NCBI GenBank assembly: GCA_965178125.1
Contig: OZ237747.1
Span: 434,001 to 498,000 of the forward strand
DNA: 64,000 nt
Direction of reading: 5' to 3'
Origin: Bilabrum cf. latius
Lineage: Eukaryota
Shown one piece after another: positions 23,788-37,800 of this stretch. A program made the translations under genes and the position numbers. How positions within the stretch are numbered: the first letter of the stretch is position 1; every line of letters starts with the position of its first letter. The notes under the pieces were generated by a model. The model made no database searches. It had not been told where the DNA came from and was given only the letters and a program-made list of their open reading frames with translations.

Positions 23788-26700
23788 TCACCTCCCGCCT
23801 TGCCGACGTGCGACTTCCCTCGCCCTGCGCTCGACCTCCTTGATCTTAGCAAGCTCGCGCGCGACCGTATCGCTGCCTCGAGACCTACTTGCATACGTGC
23901 TGCGGGATGGCGTCCTAGCGCCTCCTTGGTCCAAACCTCGGCTCCGAAGCCTCGAGGAGGAACTTGTGCGGCCCAGTGCATCTCTGTCCCTCACAGAGCG
24001 GCCCCCGCTCGGTCTGGACCCGCCTCCAGAACGCCGTCCTGTTTCAATCTCAATGTCAACCTGCATCCCCCTGCCTCGCTGGATCCCTGAGGAAGCGCCA
24101 CGATGCGAGAGCCCCTCTTCTTTTCCATTGAAGGTATCCGTCCGTGCCAGCGGCTGCTCGTGCCTTTGACTGCGCTCAGATTCCAGCATTCCACTGCGGC
24201 GGCCATTTCCGTTTGTTGCTGCTCCGCGGGGGTTATGCGGATCTTGTGGTCTCGCTGCTACTGACTGTCCCCGTCCATTCAGCTCAGCCAGCGACATGGC
24301 ACCCGTCCTCGAAGACGAAGAACGGAGAGCACTTCCCCCCTGAGTATCTACAGGCAACTCTTCCCGCACGACATCCGTCGCGGCCCTTCGAGGCTGCTTG
24401 CCAGCATCCGTGTCAGTGGCAAGCTCCATCACACCGCTCCGAATAGCCCGCAGGTGACCATCAACCTCTGCTTCATCTGCCGCCTGCTGCGCCGCCATAC
24501 GTGCCTATTCTGCACGTGCCCCCTCCAGCGCGGCTTGCGCGCGCTCATAGCGTTGCTCCGTGACTTGCCTTTGCATTTGCTCCTCGCGCAATCTGCGGTC
24601 AGTCGCAGACAAAGACTCGGCATGTGCGCCCAACTGGGAGAGTAGAGCCTGCTCTTTCTCTTTGGAAGCGTCATAAAGCCGATTGGACTCGTCGAGACGG
24701 CGCTTTAGGTCCCTAGCTTCCAATGCAGTCGCGTCGAGGTGCTGTCGCAGGCGCTACACCTCCTCCTCAAGCTCTCTTCTTCGGCCAGCCTCGGCTTGCA
24801 ACGCCTATTCTTTAGACTCTTGGGCATGGCGAGAAGTTTGCTTCAGCTGGTTTAGTTTTGAAGTTACCTCAGAATGCTAGAGAGCCCTCTGCCTTGCGTC
24901 TGCAAGCTGCTGCCGCATTGAGTCCAGGTCGGTGCGAAGGCTAGCGATCTCGTCGTCTCGAGTTATGAGCAGTCGTTCTTGCGCAGCAGTCTTCGAAAGA
25001 GAGCCGTTGAGCTCTGTCTTCATGGATGACAGCTGCTCGGAGAGGCCGTGCAGTAATCCTTCCGCGGCATCCGCCCGATCCTGAGCCGCCTTGAGCTCGC
25101 GCTCAAGCGCCTCTGAGTCCCCACGGGCAGCAATCTCGGCCTGCTGAGAGCGATCCGACACCTCGAGCGCGGCATTGAGCTGCTGTTGCAGCTCCGCCGT
25201 GGCCCTTTGGATGCCTGACTGCACTTCCGTTTCCCTTGAGTCCTCCTCCCGTCTTAGCCGATCCTACAGCTCTTGCACACGAGCTTCAGTCGAGCCACTG
25301 CGCTGCTCAATCTCTCCTGCATCTCGTCTAGCTTTGTTCAAGTCGTCCTCAGTTGTACCTAGCCTAGTGCGGAGGCCTTCGGCCTCTGCCCTGCGGGCCA
25401 CAAGCTCCTACTGTGCTTCGTGCAGCTGCCGCTCCGCTGCCTCAAGCGCACCCCTGAGCTGCGCCTCAGTTCGCCGGCTGCTGTCCGCAGACGACCCTTG
25501 CTCAAACCGGGCAGTGCGCAGCTGCTCCTTCGCATCGGCTGCCTCTGCCTAGAGTGCCACCACCTGCGTCTGCAGGTCGTCAAATCTCTCTTGCAAAGAT
25601 GCCAGCGCGGTGTCCTTGTCGGCAACCCGTTGTTGCAGCTCCTGCTCATGGGCGGCCGAGCCGCCGAGCCTGCTCTGCAGGGCTGCTATCTGCTCGTCTG
25701 CCCCTCTCGCACCAGCCACTGCTGCTTCCTTCTCTGCCACTAGCCGGCCAATCTAATCCTCCACCTCGGCTTTATCCCGCTGTGCCCGGTGCAACCCCAG
25801 CTGCAGCTCCTGAATGCGTTTGGACGCCTCGGTGCCGCTCATCTGTGATAGCCTCTTCGCCTCTGCGAGATCGTCGCGGAGAGCCTGTACAGCTTCCTCC
25901 TGACTCATCGTCTGAACTTCCAGCTCGCGCTGCCTCATTTCCGTGGCTTGTAGTTTGGTCTGCGTCTTTTTGAGCGCTGCTTCAAGCTCTAAGACCTGGC
26001 CGGCAGCGTCATCGCGGGACTTGGCAGCTTCTCGCAGCAACTGCGCGGCGCGGTTAGAAGCGCTGAGAGCAGCCTCCACCTGGCTACCTCGCTGGTCGGA
26101 CGCGCCACCATATGCCACCAGCTACATCCCCGACTCCGAGGCCGCCGCCCCATGCCCACCCTTGCCAAACGCTGCACCACCGCCAGCCAGCCTACTAGCA
26201 GTTTGGTCCGACCCCCGGGTGGCAACGGCTGAGGCTTCCGTGACGGCTGCAATAACCTGAGCAGCTTGCTGGGCCAGTGCATCTAGCGTGGCTTTCATTG
26301 CAGCGCTCGATTCAGTTGCAGTCATGGCCTGCCTTTGCCTGCCATCTGCGACGTCACGCACCCTTTCGGCCTCCTGTCTTGCCTCAACGATCTCTCGCTG
26401 CAGCTCGCGAACTGTCTCCTGCTCTTTCTGCAGTGATCCACGGAGTGACCCCACTTCAACCTCTAGCCTTGCGTTTGCCCCCTACAGCGTGGCTCCATCT
26501 GCGACCTGCTTGCCTTGCATGGCTTGCAGCTGCGCCACCTGCTGCTGTTCCGCAAGCAAATGTTCCCGGATCTCGTCCACTTCGCGCGACAAAGACTGTG
26601 CGCGAGCCTCCTATCTAGTAGCCCGCTACTTGGCCCGCTCTGCTTGCTGTCGCGCGTCTTGTCCTGCTTCGGTGGCCTGATCCCGCTCGTCGATGGCAGT

Positions 26701-29700
26701 ACGGAGCTCCTATTGCAGCCGAGCGGCATCTGATTTCAGCTTTGCTGCTTCCTTTCTCACGGCATCGCGCTCTATGCTCACGGCATCTGCTGCAGATTTA
26801 CAAAGCGTGAGCTGATCCATCGTCTTCACAAGCTGGGCCCTGAGACTGGCCACCTCGGCTCGCAGGGTCTGCTCCGACAGCCTCACCCGGCCCAGCTCGG
26901 ATTCCGCAGTGTCCTTTGCGGCGCGAGCCGAAGTGGTGGATGCGGTGGCCTCGTCTCGCCTTCTCTTCTCAGCTGCAAGCTCAACCTTAAGCGCTTGGAC
27001 CTCGCGCTGAGCGTCCGTCACCTCCGTCTCTGCAGAATTAATCCGTTGCTTGAGTGCAGCTGCCTAGTCTCGGCTTCGGGTTGCCGCCTCGCGAGCAGCA
27101 GCGACGTCCGACCTGAGCCTCTGGTTCTTGTCCTCGTCTGCTGCCAAGCGCTGTTGCATCTCACGAATCTCTATGGATTGCGTTTGCATGTCGCTCTGTG
27201 CCTCTGCCCTCTCCTGCTTGGCTCTGTGCAGCTCCTGGCGCAGATCGCGAATCTGCCTGTCGCGCTCCACAACGGTTTGCTAGTGCACCTGCGCCTCCTG
27301 CGCCTTTTCTTCTACGGCGCTCCTAGCTTTGCTCAGTTCTGCCTGCCAGATGTCCCTGTCTGCCTCGCGCGCCTCTCGTCCCTGTTGCTGCGAGTCTTGC
27401 AGCTCCTGCCGCAATCCTGCGCACTCTCCCTCAAGAGCAAGCACTCGTTCTCGCAGCTTTTCGTGAGCACGGTCCGCATCTCTTTGCACCGCCACAAGTG
27501 CACCTCGGCTTTTTTCGAGAGCCGGAACCAGTGCCTGCGCGCGGTCTTCTGAGGTGGACAATCGCTGCTGGAGCAGCGCTGTCTGCTGCTCTGCTTCTGC
27601 GAGCGCCTGGTCGCGCGTGGCCACTGCATCGTCGAGGTCCAGCTGGAGCCGCCGCAGGGTTTGATGCATGCTCTCAGTTTCCTCCGCCCTTCGTGCCAGC
27701 TCATCGCCCCGCTCTCTGAGCTTCTCCTGCCACCGGCGCTCCTGCCGGCGCGAGCCCTCCGCTCTGGTCTTCGCCTCGTCTGCCTCGAGGATGGCCTGCT
27801 CGACTTCGTGCCTGCTCTGCCGTAGTGCAGACTCTAGCGCAGTCACCTTGGCTTGCAGCACGGCCACACTCCCGGCACTCTCCTGTGCTGCCTCGTGGTT
27901 GCGAGCAACGGACCGTCTCAACGCAACCAACTCCTGGTCTGTGCGCTTGGTCCTGGCTCTGAGCATGGTGCTTTCCATCGTGTCTGCCGAGACGAAACCC
28001 CTCGGCGTGTCGCCCAGATCGTCTTGACTGAGACCCCTTTGGTCTGTCCCTCCACCCTTGTCATGCGCGCTCCTCATGGTGCTGTCGAGCTCTTCGATCC
28101 CCGCAGGAAAATCAGTATATCCCATTCTGCCCCCTGAAACACCGGAAGGAGACATGCCGCCACCGTGCGTGTCTTGCCTCCCGTGCTTCCCCCTGCCCCT
28201 TGCCTGCAGTGCTGCCAGTCTGGCGCTGCTGTAGCCGTACCTAGATTCCACCGAAGCATCTACGTCATCCTCGGTGTCAACCGACCTGCCATCCAGGTAT
28301 CGCAACCGTCGGCTGGCAGCAGACGAAGTGGGTGCCCCCCGCTGTGCCCGACCACCTCTAGGCATGCGCCCATCCCGAGGGCTGCTTTCGTCACCAGGGT
28401 ACTCCTCGTCGCCGGGACGAACTGTTGGTGAGACAGCTCTGACTCGTCCTTTGCCTCCACCGGAGCCTCCGCTGCGCGGTGTAGGCGCAAATGAGACGTC
28501 AATGTCGCTGGAAGCTCGCTTGACAGCTTTTTTCCTGGCCTCGTCTTCGCCAAGCAGGTCGATGGTAGACTGGTCCAGGCCCAGGTCAGCTGCACGCGAC
28601 TGTTGCTGCTGCTCCTACTGTCCTCGTTGCCCGGTGCCGTGCGTCGAGCTGCCGTAGGGCTAGCGAGCGGTGGCTGGCGCCCCTCCTGGGAAAATATCCG
28701 GGCTTGAATCTTCGCCGGGCTGCGTGGTCCCGAAATCAAAGGTAACTGCAGCGCCGAGGGCATCAGACAGCCTGCCCTGCTTCTGAGACGAGATACGGTC
28801 TTGACCACTGGACCGCCCACCCAAGATTCCAGACAAGCGGTCTACGTCGGAGCCATCCGGTCGGCTCCCAGCTCCAGAATAACCTGATTTTGCACGCGGA
28901 GACCCCCAGCCCGCCTTGTCCTTTGATCCCTCACCAGTCGCTGTATCTGGTGCTGGCTCACCCCTTGCAGACATGGGCGAGGAACTGTGGTCCTTGTTGC
29001 GACCGCCCTGCCGATGCCGCGATGCCCTGGATGATCCCTGCGGGCTGGCAGACCTCGGCAAGAGGTCATCGGAATGGAGGCTGCCTGCATCCACGGACTC
29101 CTACGCAGAGGAGAGGGAACCCCTCGATGGCTTGGAACCAGGAGAACGCATAGAGCCGGAGTGGTCTCTCCTTGGTGGCGGGGGTGGGCGCCTGCCGCTG
29201 CTGCTCGTGCTGCTCTCCCACGTCCGCACCGTCTCTCCTTTCGACGCCATCGAGGGAAAGCCGCCCAATGCTGCGTGCACACCACGACCAGGCCCGATGC
29301 TGCCGGCGTCAGTCTCGCGGTCCGTGTCGATGCCGCCAGCCGCAGACCATGCAGCCAGCTAGGACTGCTCCTCTGTGTGTCTCTGGATGTCCTTCATGAG
29401 GGCATGACCCGCCTTACTCATCGTCTTGCGGAGCGCGCCAGGCCGCGAGAAACCTGAGCTAGTCTGGACTCTCCGCAGACCAGAGTAGTCCCCGGCCAGT
29501 CGCCTAGGCTCCTCTTCGTCGGTGCTTGATGACTGGTGCCCACTAATCGCGGCCTTGGCAAACTGCGTCCTCAGGTGCATCTTGCTGGGCACGCTGATCA
29601 GCTTGCTCTCCATCTCTGCGAGCTTGCTGCGCAGCTCCTCAGCCTCTTGCTCGCGGCTCCGAGCCTTTGCCTCTGCGGCTTCCTTGGCTCGTTCCAGCTG

Positions 29701-31599
29701 GGATATCTTTGGGCGGTGTGCCATCTGTTCTCGGCGCATGGCCTCCTTCAGCTCCTAAATCTCCTTGAGATACTTGGCAATGAGGGCCTTGCCTTCACCC
29801 ACGAAATTCTTCCTCGCCCGGTTGCGGATGAAACTCGCTGCCTTTGCGAACTCGAGAGTGCTCCTGCTCTCCTCCCGGTTGCGCAGGGCAGGGCTCATGC
29901 AACATACGAGAGACGTGAGGGCGTTTCCTCCCAGCGATGCAGACAGCAACCGAGTAAGTTGCGACTCGCGGAACGGCAGGTGGCGCGGGGGCGGCACCGG
30001 CATCTTTCTCCGCTTGGACGGACTGGCGCTCGCCTGCCTGGCTTGCCGCTGTGCCTGGACTGAAAGTTCCTTGATGATTCGTCCGAGCACGAACAGGCTC
30101 GCGTTGATGCTCCTGGCCTCGTCCAGCCGCTCCCCAGTCGCCCCTGTCTTTGAGACTCTCTCAGAGCCAGCGAGGTCCACTAGGTGCAGCGCACTGACGC
30201 TCACTGCCTTCATGGCGCCGCCCACCCCCGTCCCTTGTGCCGCAGCCTTGAGCACCTGCTTGGCCCCGGGTGATAGCAGGTCTTCGCCTTGTTCCTTGGT
30301 CAACGCGGCCAGCATGCTGCCTCGCCTGCCCCTCCTCGCTTTGGCCCCTCGAGACACCGTGGAGCCTCCTGCGGGCCCGATAGCGTCGTCTTCTGCCGAA
30401 GGCTGGCCCGAGGGTGCCGGCATAGACTCTACCGTGACCGTAAACACAACATGGGACCTTGACGATCTCGTGTTCATGCGTGTGGCCGCAAAGTGTCTGT
30501 TTCTTTCACCCAGCCGCAGCATCTCCAGAGCCTCGTCAGGAGACCCCACCGGCATCTCCACCGCTCCATCGACGTAGGGCCCGCGGAACTTGTCTTCTCG
30601 TACCACCAGCTGGCCCTCGCGTGCGGTGGCGGCAGCAGACCGCTTGGGAGAGGCGTAATCGCTGTGCACCCCGGTGCCGTAGCCGTCCGCACCCTCACTG
30701 CTGGTCTCAGCAGTGCCGCCCTCCGCGCGGAACGAGTCGGCCTTGCGACCGACCAACGACTGGAGCAGGTCCGTGACAACTTCCCTGTATATTTCAACGT
30801 ACGTGACCCTAACGTGGAAAATGTTCGAATTGTCTTCCGCGATGGCCATCCAGAGCGCCTGCAGAGCGGAAGGGAGCAGCCCGAGCTGGTCGTCGGTGCC
30901 CGTGATGCTGTGCGTCTTCCCACTTCCAGTCTGACCGTACGCTAAAATAGTGGCGTTGTATCCTTGAAGCACTCTCGGCAGCATGCTAGCGGCCAACTGG
31001 TTGAACAGCTCTTCGTTCGTGCTGTCTGGCCCAAAGAGCAGTCTGTCGTCGAACCTATACTTCTGCCCCCGGAATATACCAGCCTCGCTCCGCTCCTGTG
31101 TGGTCATGGCCGAGTCGTCATGCTCCTCCTCGGCAATCACACGGCTGCCATCTGCTTCTCTGCGCACTGCCCACGCGTGCTGTGTCGCTCCTCGGTCTTG
31201 CTCCAACCCAATCAGAGGCCGGATCCGAACCGCTACTTGCACTTGACCATCGGGAGCATCCGATGCTCCGATTCCTGATTGCACCACATTCATTGAACTC
31301 GGATTCGTAGCAGAGCTAGTAGACTACCTTCGAGAATCGCTCTCGAGTGCTGGCATGGAACTGCGTCGCTTGCGACGAGCCCTCGATGCCGCCGCTACTT
31401 CTTTTGATCTTGCATCTGTAATGTCCAAGCCCCGCGCAGCAGAGGGAGATCCCAGTATCTCTTCCCCATCAGAGAACTCAGTTGCCGGGGCGCTTGTGTC
31501 CAACTTTGGGTAAACTGCTGCCGTTGGATCACGGCGTGATGCGTGCGGCAGTCCCGCGCTTTGCCTGATGCGCTGCAGCTCAGCGCCAAAGCTTGACAT
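23788..31599 (-). CDS. Kinesin with N-terminal motor (kinesin-7/CENP-E-like) and very long coiled-coil tail, ~2603 aa
   Basis: VAVRIRP, YGQTGSGKT, YVEIYRE, GERNRHFAATRMNTRSSRSH, LVDLAGSE, HLPFRESQLTRLL..SLGGN. About 21 TAGs join the tail ORFs in one frame, including CAG TAG GAG CAG CAG CAA CAG at ~28615. Ends TGA. Confidence 0.88.
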
Positions 31600-31886
31600 G
31601 TAGAAATAAACTGATACAGAAAGAAGGTAGTCTCAATCGTTTCGACCGGATGATGTCCAAATAGATGTCGGTTGACCCGTTTTCATTCGGTTTTGGTTCC
31701 GCTGAAGTCGCAGCGCGGCGCCGCCGGGGCATCCGCTGCTGGCTTTGGTCGCAATGCATCGAGATCGTGAGTGGTAGTCCGATGCCTGAATCAGGACTGG
31801 TGCAAGCCTGCTGGCGCATCTTGGCATACAGAATTACAGGCTGCAAGTTGCATGGGCTTTCAAAGCATAGTAGCAGCAATCGATGA

Positions 31887-34800
31887 TCAGGAATTCAACT
31901 AATTCTTCCATGGGAGCCGCTCTCTCGCAAGCTCGCTGCACTGGCGGCGCTGCTTCGAAGCTAGGGCAGCAGCTGCTCGGCGCTTTCTCCCAGATCCGAC
32001 TCTCCGTCTACCCGTATCTCGGCGAGGTGGCGACGCGAACTCTCCAGCATCACGCACCTGGCTGCGGGGTACAGCACTGGCAGAAGCCCCGCCAACCTCG
32101 CGATGGGACTTCCTGCTGCTGCTTGCCCTTGCTCGGCTGCTGGAGCAGTCGGCTTCGATTCCCTGCACTCGCCTTGATTCCACTCCTGGAGCACTAACAC
32201 CTGCTGTCTTCATGCGAGAGTGCGGGGAGCGACCACTACCAGTGGCAGTGGACACTGGCAACGCCTTCGATTTGGATCTCAACGTGGCTGCCTTTCGAGG
32301 CCGAGAGATTCCGCGCCCCCCTCTGCTTAAGATCTAAGTTCCGATCACACCATTCGGCTGCACACGGGGTGACAGCGACCGCCGCGCGGTCCTGTGTGGC
32401 CCTGTGGAATCAGCCAGGACGGCAGCACCAGCGCTCCTTCCCTTGGACACGCGTCCCTTCCTCCCACTCGTTGCTAGCTTGCTGCCTGTTCTGGCTGACC
32501 TGGGCCTACTAGCAGCAGTGCGCGAAGTCTAGTGTAGGCGTGTGGCCTTCCTATGGAACCCATGCCCTGCTTCCTGCTCGTCCTCATCGCCCCAGGCATG
32601 CAGTGAGTCGGAGTGGGCGGGCCTGCCGCCACTTAAGGGGACTGGCCTGGCCCCTACCTCCTTGAAGGGCTCTTTGCTGGCTGCCTCGAGCCCAACGGTG
32701 GCAGACAACTGCTTTTCTTCCTTCGTCTCCCCGGCCTCTCCGCCATCGTGCTCCGATACCTCGAACGAGACAAGCCGAGACCGCAGGAGCTCAACCTCCT
32801 TCTGAAAGGACTCGCTTGTCCGCACGGCATCTACGTACTTGCTCCGGTACTCTGCGGAGACGCTCTGCTCCTGCCGCACGGCCTAGTCGGCAGCTCGAGC
32901 TTGCAACTTGGTATCTGCCAAGAGATTTTCGAGCCTTCGATTCTGCTTGAGGATGCCCCTGGCATTGTCATTAACACCATCAAAGTCGGCACTCAGCTAC
33001 TTGTTCTCTTGCAGTAGAACATCGATGGCGCTCTGTAACTTGGACCGCTCCTGTTCTGCTAAGTCCTAGTCACGTGAAGATCGTGCTGACAGTTCTGCAA
33101 GCAGCGTTCGCTCCCTTGCACGTCCATCCAGCGAGGCCTTTTTGTGGCGCTCTGCGGCTGCAGCGAGCTCTGCACGCAGCTCTGCATTGCTTCTCTCTAG
33201 TTTGGCTATCGTTGACGCTTTTGCGCCCATGTCCAGCTCATGCGACGCTTGTTGCCGTCTAGCAGCCTCCAACTCATGCCACAGGTTGTTTACGCTGGCA
33301 GTCCCGTCGGTCACAGCCTGCTCATGCGCCGCCTTGGCCGACGCCAGCTCCTGCTCCATCTCGCCCGCCCGAGCCCGAGACGCATCCAGCTCGCGGCGCA
33401 GCTCATCCGTGCTGCTGCTGCCCTCGGCCACAGCCTGCTCATGCGCCGCCTTGGCCGCTGCCAGCTCCTGCTCCATCTCGCCCGCCCGAGCCCGAGACGC
33501 ATCCAGCTCGCGACGCAGCTCATCCATGCTGCTGCTGCCCTCGGCCACAGCCTGCTCATGCGCCGCCTTGGCCGACGCCAGCTCCTGCTCCATCTCGCCC
33601 GCCCGAGCCCGAGACGCATCCAGCTCGCGACGCAGCTCATCCATGCAGCTGCTGCCCTCGGCCACAGCCTGCTCATGCGCCGCCTTGGCCGACGCCAGCT
33701 CCTGCTCCATCTCGCCCGCCCGAGCCCGAGACGCATCCAGCTCGCGACGCAGCTCATCCGTGCAGCTGCTGCCCTCGGCCACAGCCTGCTCATGCGCCGC
33801 CTTGGCCGACGCCAGCTCCTGCTCCATCTCGCCCGCCCGAGCCCGAGACGCATCCAGCTCGCGGCGCAGCTCATCCATGCTGCTGCTGCCCTCGGCCACA
33901 GCCTACTCATGCGCCGCCTTGGCCGCTGCCAGCTCCTGCTCCATCTCGCCCGCCCGAGCCCGAGACGCATCCAGCTCGCGGCGCAGCTCATCCGTGCTGC
34001 TGCTGCCCTCGGCCACAGCCTGCTCATGCGCCGCCTTGGCCGACGCCAGCTCCTGCTCCATCTCGCCCGCCCGAGCCCGAGACGCATCCAGCTCGCGGCG
34101 CAGCTCATCCGTGCTGCTGCTGCCCTCGGCCACAGCCTGCTCATGCGCCGCCTTGGCCGCTGCCAGCTCCTGCTCCATCTCGTCCGCCCGAGCCCGAGAC
34201 GCATCCAGCTCGCGACGCAGCTCATCCGTGCTGCTGCTGCTCTCGGCCACAGCCTGCTCATGCGCCGCCTTGGCCGCTGCCAGCTCCTGCTCCACATCGC
34301 CCGCCCGAGCCCGAGACGCATCCAGCTCGCGGCGCAGCTCATCCGTGCAGCTGCTGCCCTCGGCCACAGCCTGCTCATGCGCCGCCTTGGCCGACGCCAG
34401 CTCCTGCTCCATCTCGCCCGCCCGAGCCCGAGACGCATCCAGCTCGCGACGCAGCTCATCCGTGCAGCTGCTGCCCTCGGCCACAGCCTGCTCATGCGCC
34501 GCCTTGGCCGACGCCAGCTCGTCCTTCAGCAGTTCAGCGCTGGAAATTGCTCTGTCTCGCTCTGCAGATGCGACCGCAAGCTAGTCATCAAGCGTGCCTA
34601 CTTGGGACTTGGCCGAGGTTAAACTCGATTGCAGTTGTTCTACAGCATCATTAGCAAGGCGGCCTTTCTTTTCCAGCTACGATGCGTGCTGCTCAAGCTT
34701 AGCCTGCGCCTCTTTATGACCTTCAACAAGCTGGCGCAGCGAATTGATCTCGCTGCGAAGCTTGTCCGTGACGGCAAGGCTATCACTCGCGGCCATGCGA

Positions 34801-37800
34801 TCCGTTAGCCGGCGATTCTCTTCCTAGCTGCTTTCTAGCTGCTTCCCAAGGTCAACCACGCGAGCTTGCAGCTAAGTGGCCTCGCGCTGAGCAGCCATCA
34901 GACTCTGCGTGGCACTGGTGGCATCATCCCGGCGCTCTTCATAGCTCTCGATCTGCTTGCGGAGCTGCTCCACTTCTTGGCGGGCTTGCTGTAACCCCTC
35001 ATTCTTCTTTCGAAGCTGCGTCCGCAGCCGACCAACCTCCGATGCGCTATCACCCCCAGACCGAGCCCCGTGTTCCTTGAACGGCATGATGGCTGCTGTG
35101 GCCAACTCACTGGATAGAGAACGACTACCAAGCCTGCGCCCACCGACTGTACTATTCTATAGTGCGTGAATTTCCATCTCCTGCGCGTGGATCTGGTCCT
35201 GCGCGCTTGCAATCTTGATGTTTGCAAGATCTATCTGCTCCAGAAGCTGCTGCCTGGCCTGCTGCGCAATAGGTGGACCTCGTCCTCGTTCGCGTCCGAG
35301 CGCCGAAATCTCGAACTTTAGCTGCGAGTTCTCCAGACGAACTTTTCTAACTGCAACCATTGCCAGGCGCTCCTTCTCAGTTTCGTACAGCTGTTCAGAA
35401 TACCCAATGTTGTATCCTGCTAGCCCCGAAGTTCCGTACCGTCGCTCCCAGTCGGCCACCTCTGCCTTAATCTCCTCCACAAAAGAACGCCGCCACTCCT
35501 TTGTCCGCTCCTCGAATTTCTCCCTTCCGCCCTCGCGCCACGCCTCGCGTGCCTCCGACCTACGAACAGTCTTCACGAAGCACTCTCGCGCGAGCTCTTT
35601 CAGAAGCTGCCTCTGCTATGCTTGGTGCGCACCGCTTTGGGAAGCTATAGCTTGCAACTATTCTACCTTGCGCGTCACTCCGATAGGCAGATTGTACTCT
35701 GGGGTGTAGCCGCCGCCTGAATCCGACTCATCGGCTGCTCCAGCGCCCACCGCTGCCCCGACCGCACCTGACTTCTACGATGCCTCATACTCTGCAACCA
35801 GGGCCTCGTTCTCGGAATGAGTGTCAGACACCTCCGAATCCGAGTCGGCATCGGTTAAACCTCCAGCCCCAGCGCCTGATGCCGCGGGGCCGCACCCCCA
35901 CCGACCCACTCTTTGCACAAGCCTCGCCTCATCCTCTTCGCTGGACCAACCTTCGTCATCGGAATCCGCAGGCGCAGGTCCCACTCCTTCCCCGCCCCTG
36001 AGCAGCACCTCTTGCGCAGGAGGTCGAAACAGAGGCACACCATGAGCCATTCTTCGAGCGTGCCTCCGTTCGCGAGCATTGTCCAGGAGCGTTTGCACCA
36101 GCGTTTCGAACCTTGTCTTGAGCTTCTCTTCCCTGGCATCCTTTAGCTCCATCTGGTCCAGCTCGTTGATAGGTCTCTGTGGCCTGCTCGTGCGAAGGGC
36201 TTCTGCCTTGTCCTCCTCGTTCTTCTTCGTCTCGGCATCCACGATCGACTTCGCCCGTATCATCGCGGTGAGGACACGCTCCCTTAGAACTACGAGGCGC
36301 TGAACGCGCATCAGTCGCCGAGATATGAGACTTGACTTCTCCCAAGGCTCATCGCCAGGCATGCACGCCTCTACGATTGCATCGTCGATCGCTTTGAGCC
36401 GCGGGTGCTGCTCCAGCCAAGCCTGCGTGAGCGGGACCATGCCCTCTTTTCCCTCCATCACGCGCGCGCAATACCGCGAGTAGTCGGAGAGCGAGTCGTA
36501 GTTGTCTGTGAGTGCAAGCATTCCATCCCCCCTCCTGTCCTAGTCTAATCCAGGGGCAACCACCCCACCGCACAGGGAAGGAGCGAGCCTACCCCAAGGG
36601 ATGCGCAGCAAGCTCGCTGCGTGCTGCCGAGCTGCGTGCCGGAGAGCAGCACCCGTGGTGCTCTCGCCCAGGAAGTGCCAAATGTCGCGCCTCATCCTGT
36701 CTTGGTCCCCATGCCCCGCGCCCGCCTGATCGCTGCACCGAACCTGCACGCCTCTCAGCGCCCACACCCAGGCCGGGGTGCCATCATCATCTTCCGTGGT
36801 CCAGCTGGCCCCGCTTTGCACCAGGTGCTGCATGCCTGGGACACACCCGCTATACGCTGCCATCATCAAGGCAGTGCAGCCTGTCGCGTGAGCGCTCTCA
36901 CCGCTGGCGAGACTTGCGCCCTAACCCTGTTCCTGTTCCTGTTCCGCAGGGAGGCGAATCGTTCCCCTGGGCCCGTCCACGCCACCCGACGCGACGCTAC
37001 GGCCTACAAGGCGGGCGGCCCGGCGAAGCCCAGCGAGGTGTGCATGCCCACCAGCAGCGCACTCCAGCAGGTGGTCGTGTGCTCCCCTAACCATGCAAGC
37101 GTGGCGCCAGGCCACCAGGGCGTTGCCCCGGTTGCTCGGCAGCTCGTCGGTAAACCGGAAGAGCACGACGGCATCGCGGAATCGGGTGCGGGGCTGCCCC
37201 GTTTTCCAGTCCTTGAATTTGAGGGCACCGAACACTGGCTTGCCTTTGGCGTCAAGCTGCGGCGGCGTGTCCCATGCCGCATCATGCCTCGGGATTTGCG
37301 TTTCGATCGGAGCATCATTGATCGGGAGCGGGGTTGCAGCGTGCCAGAGGCGCTGCTGCTGCCGCTCCGACAGCTAGAAAGCACCAAAAAAGTCTCTCAC
37401 GGGACATCGATCTATCTTTAAGCATTGATTGTAATCAAGGAAGCGCGCAAGCCTCAGCTGAACCGGCCTCCCAACGTCCCTGGCTAACAGCACCGCTCGG
37501 GCTAGAAAGAACGTACTAAACTGCTGCGGAGTGATCGAAAATGGATGTTTGTCCCCCCAGAAGATAGCCGGCTTCCGCCCTGCTGCCAAGAACAGCGAGT
37601 ACTCGCTATTCACCCGGACCGAGTACCTCTGGGCAGAACCAAAGCATCCAACTGCCCGAATGATGTCGCTTTTGAAATCTTTCGACCCCATGTTGTTGAA
37701 ATGCACGCAATGGAGAATGCTGCCTTGGCCCAAGCCTGACATTTTCACGGTGTTCTCGATGCGAAGCGCTCTCCCTCGATAAATCAGTCGCATCTCGGAA

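Noticed and set aside
33311-34520. CRISPR array
   Set aside because: These are contiguous 117-bp units with no unique spacers, in-frame coding, in a eukaryotic context.
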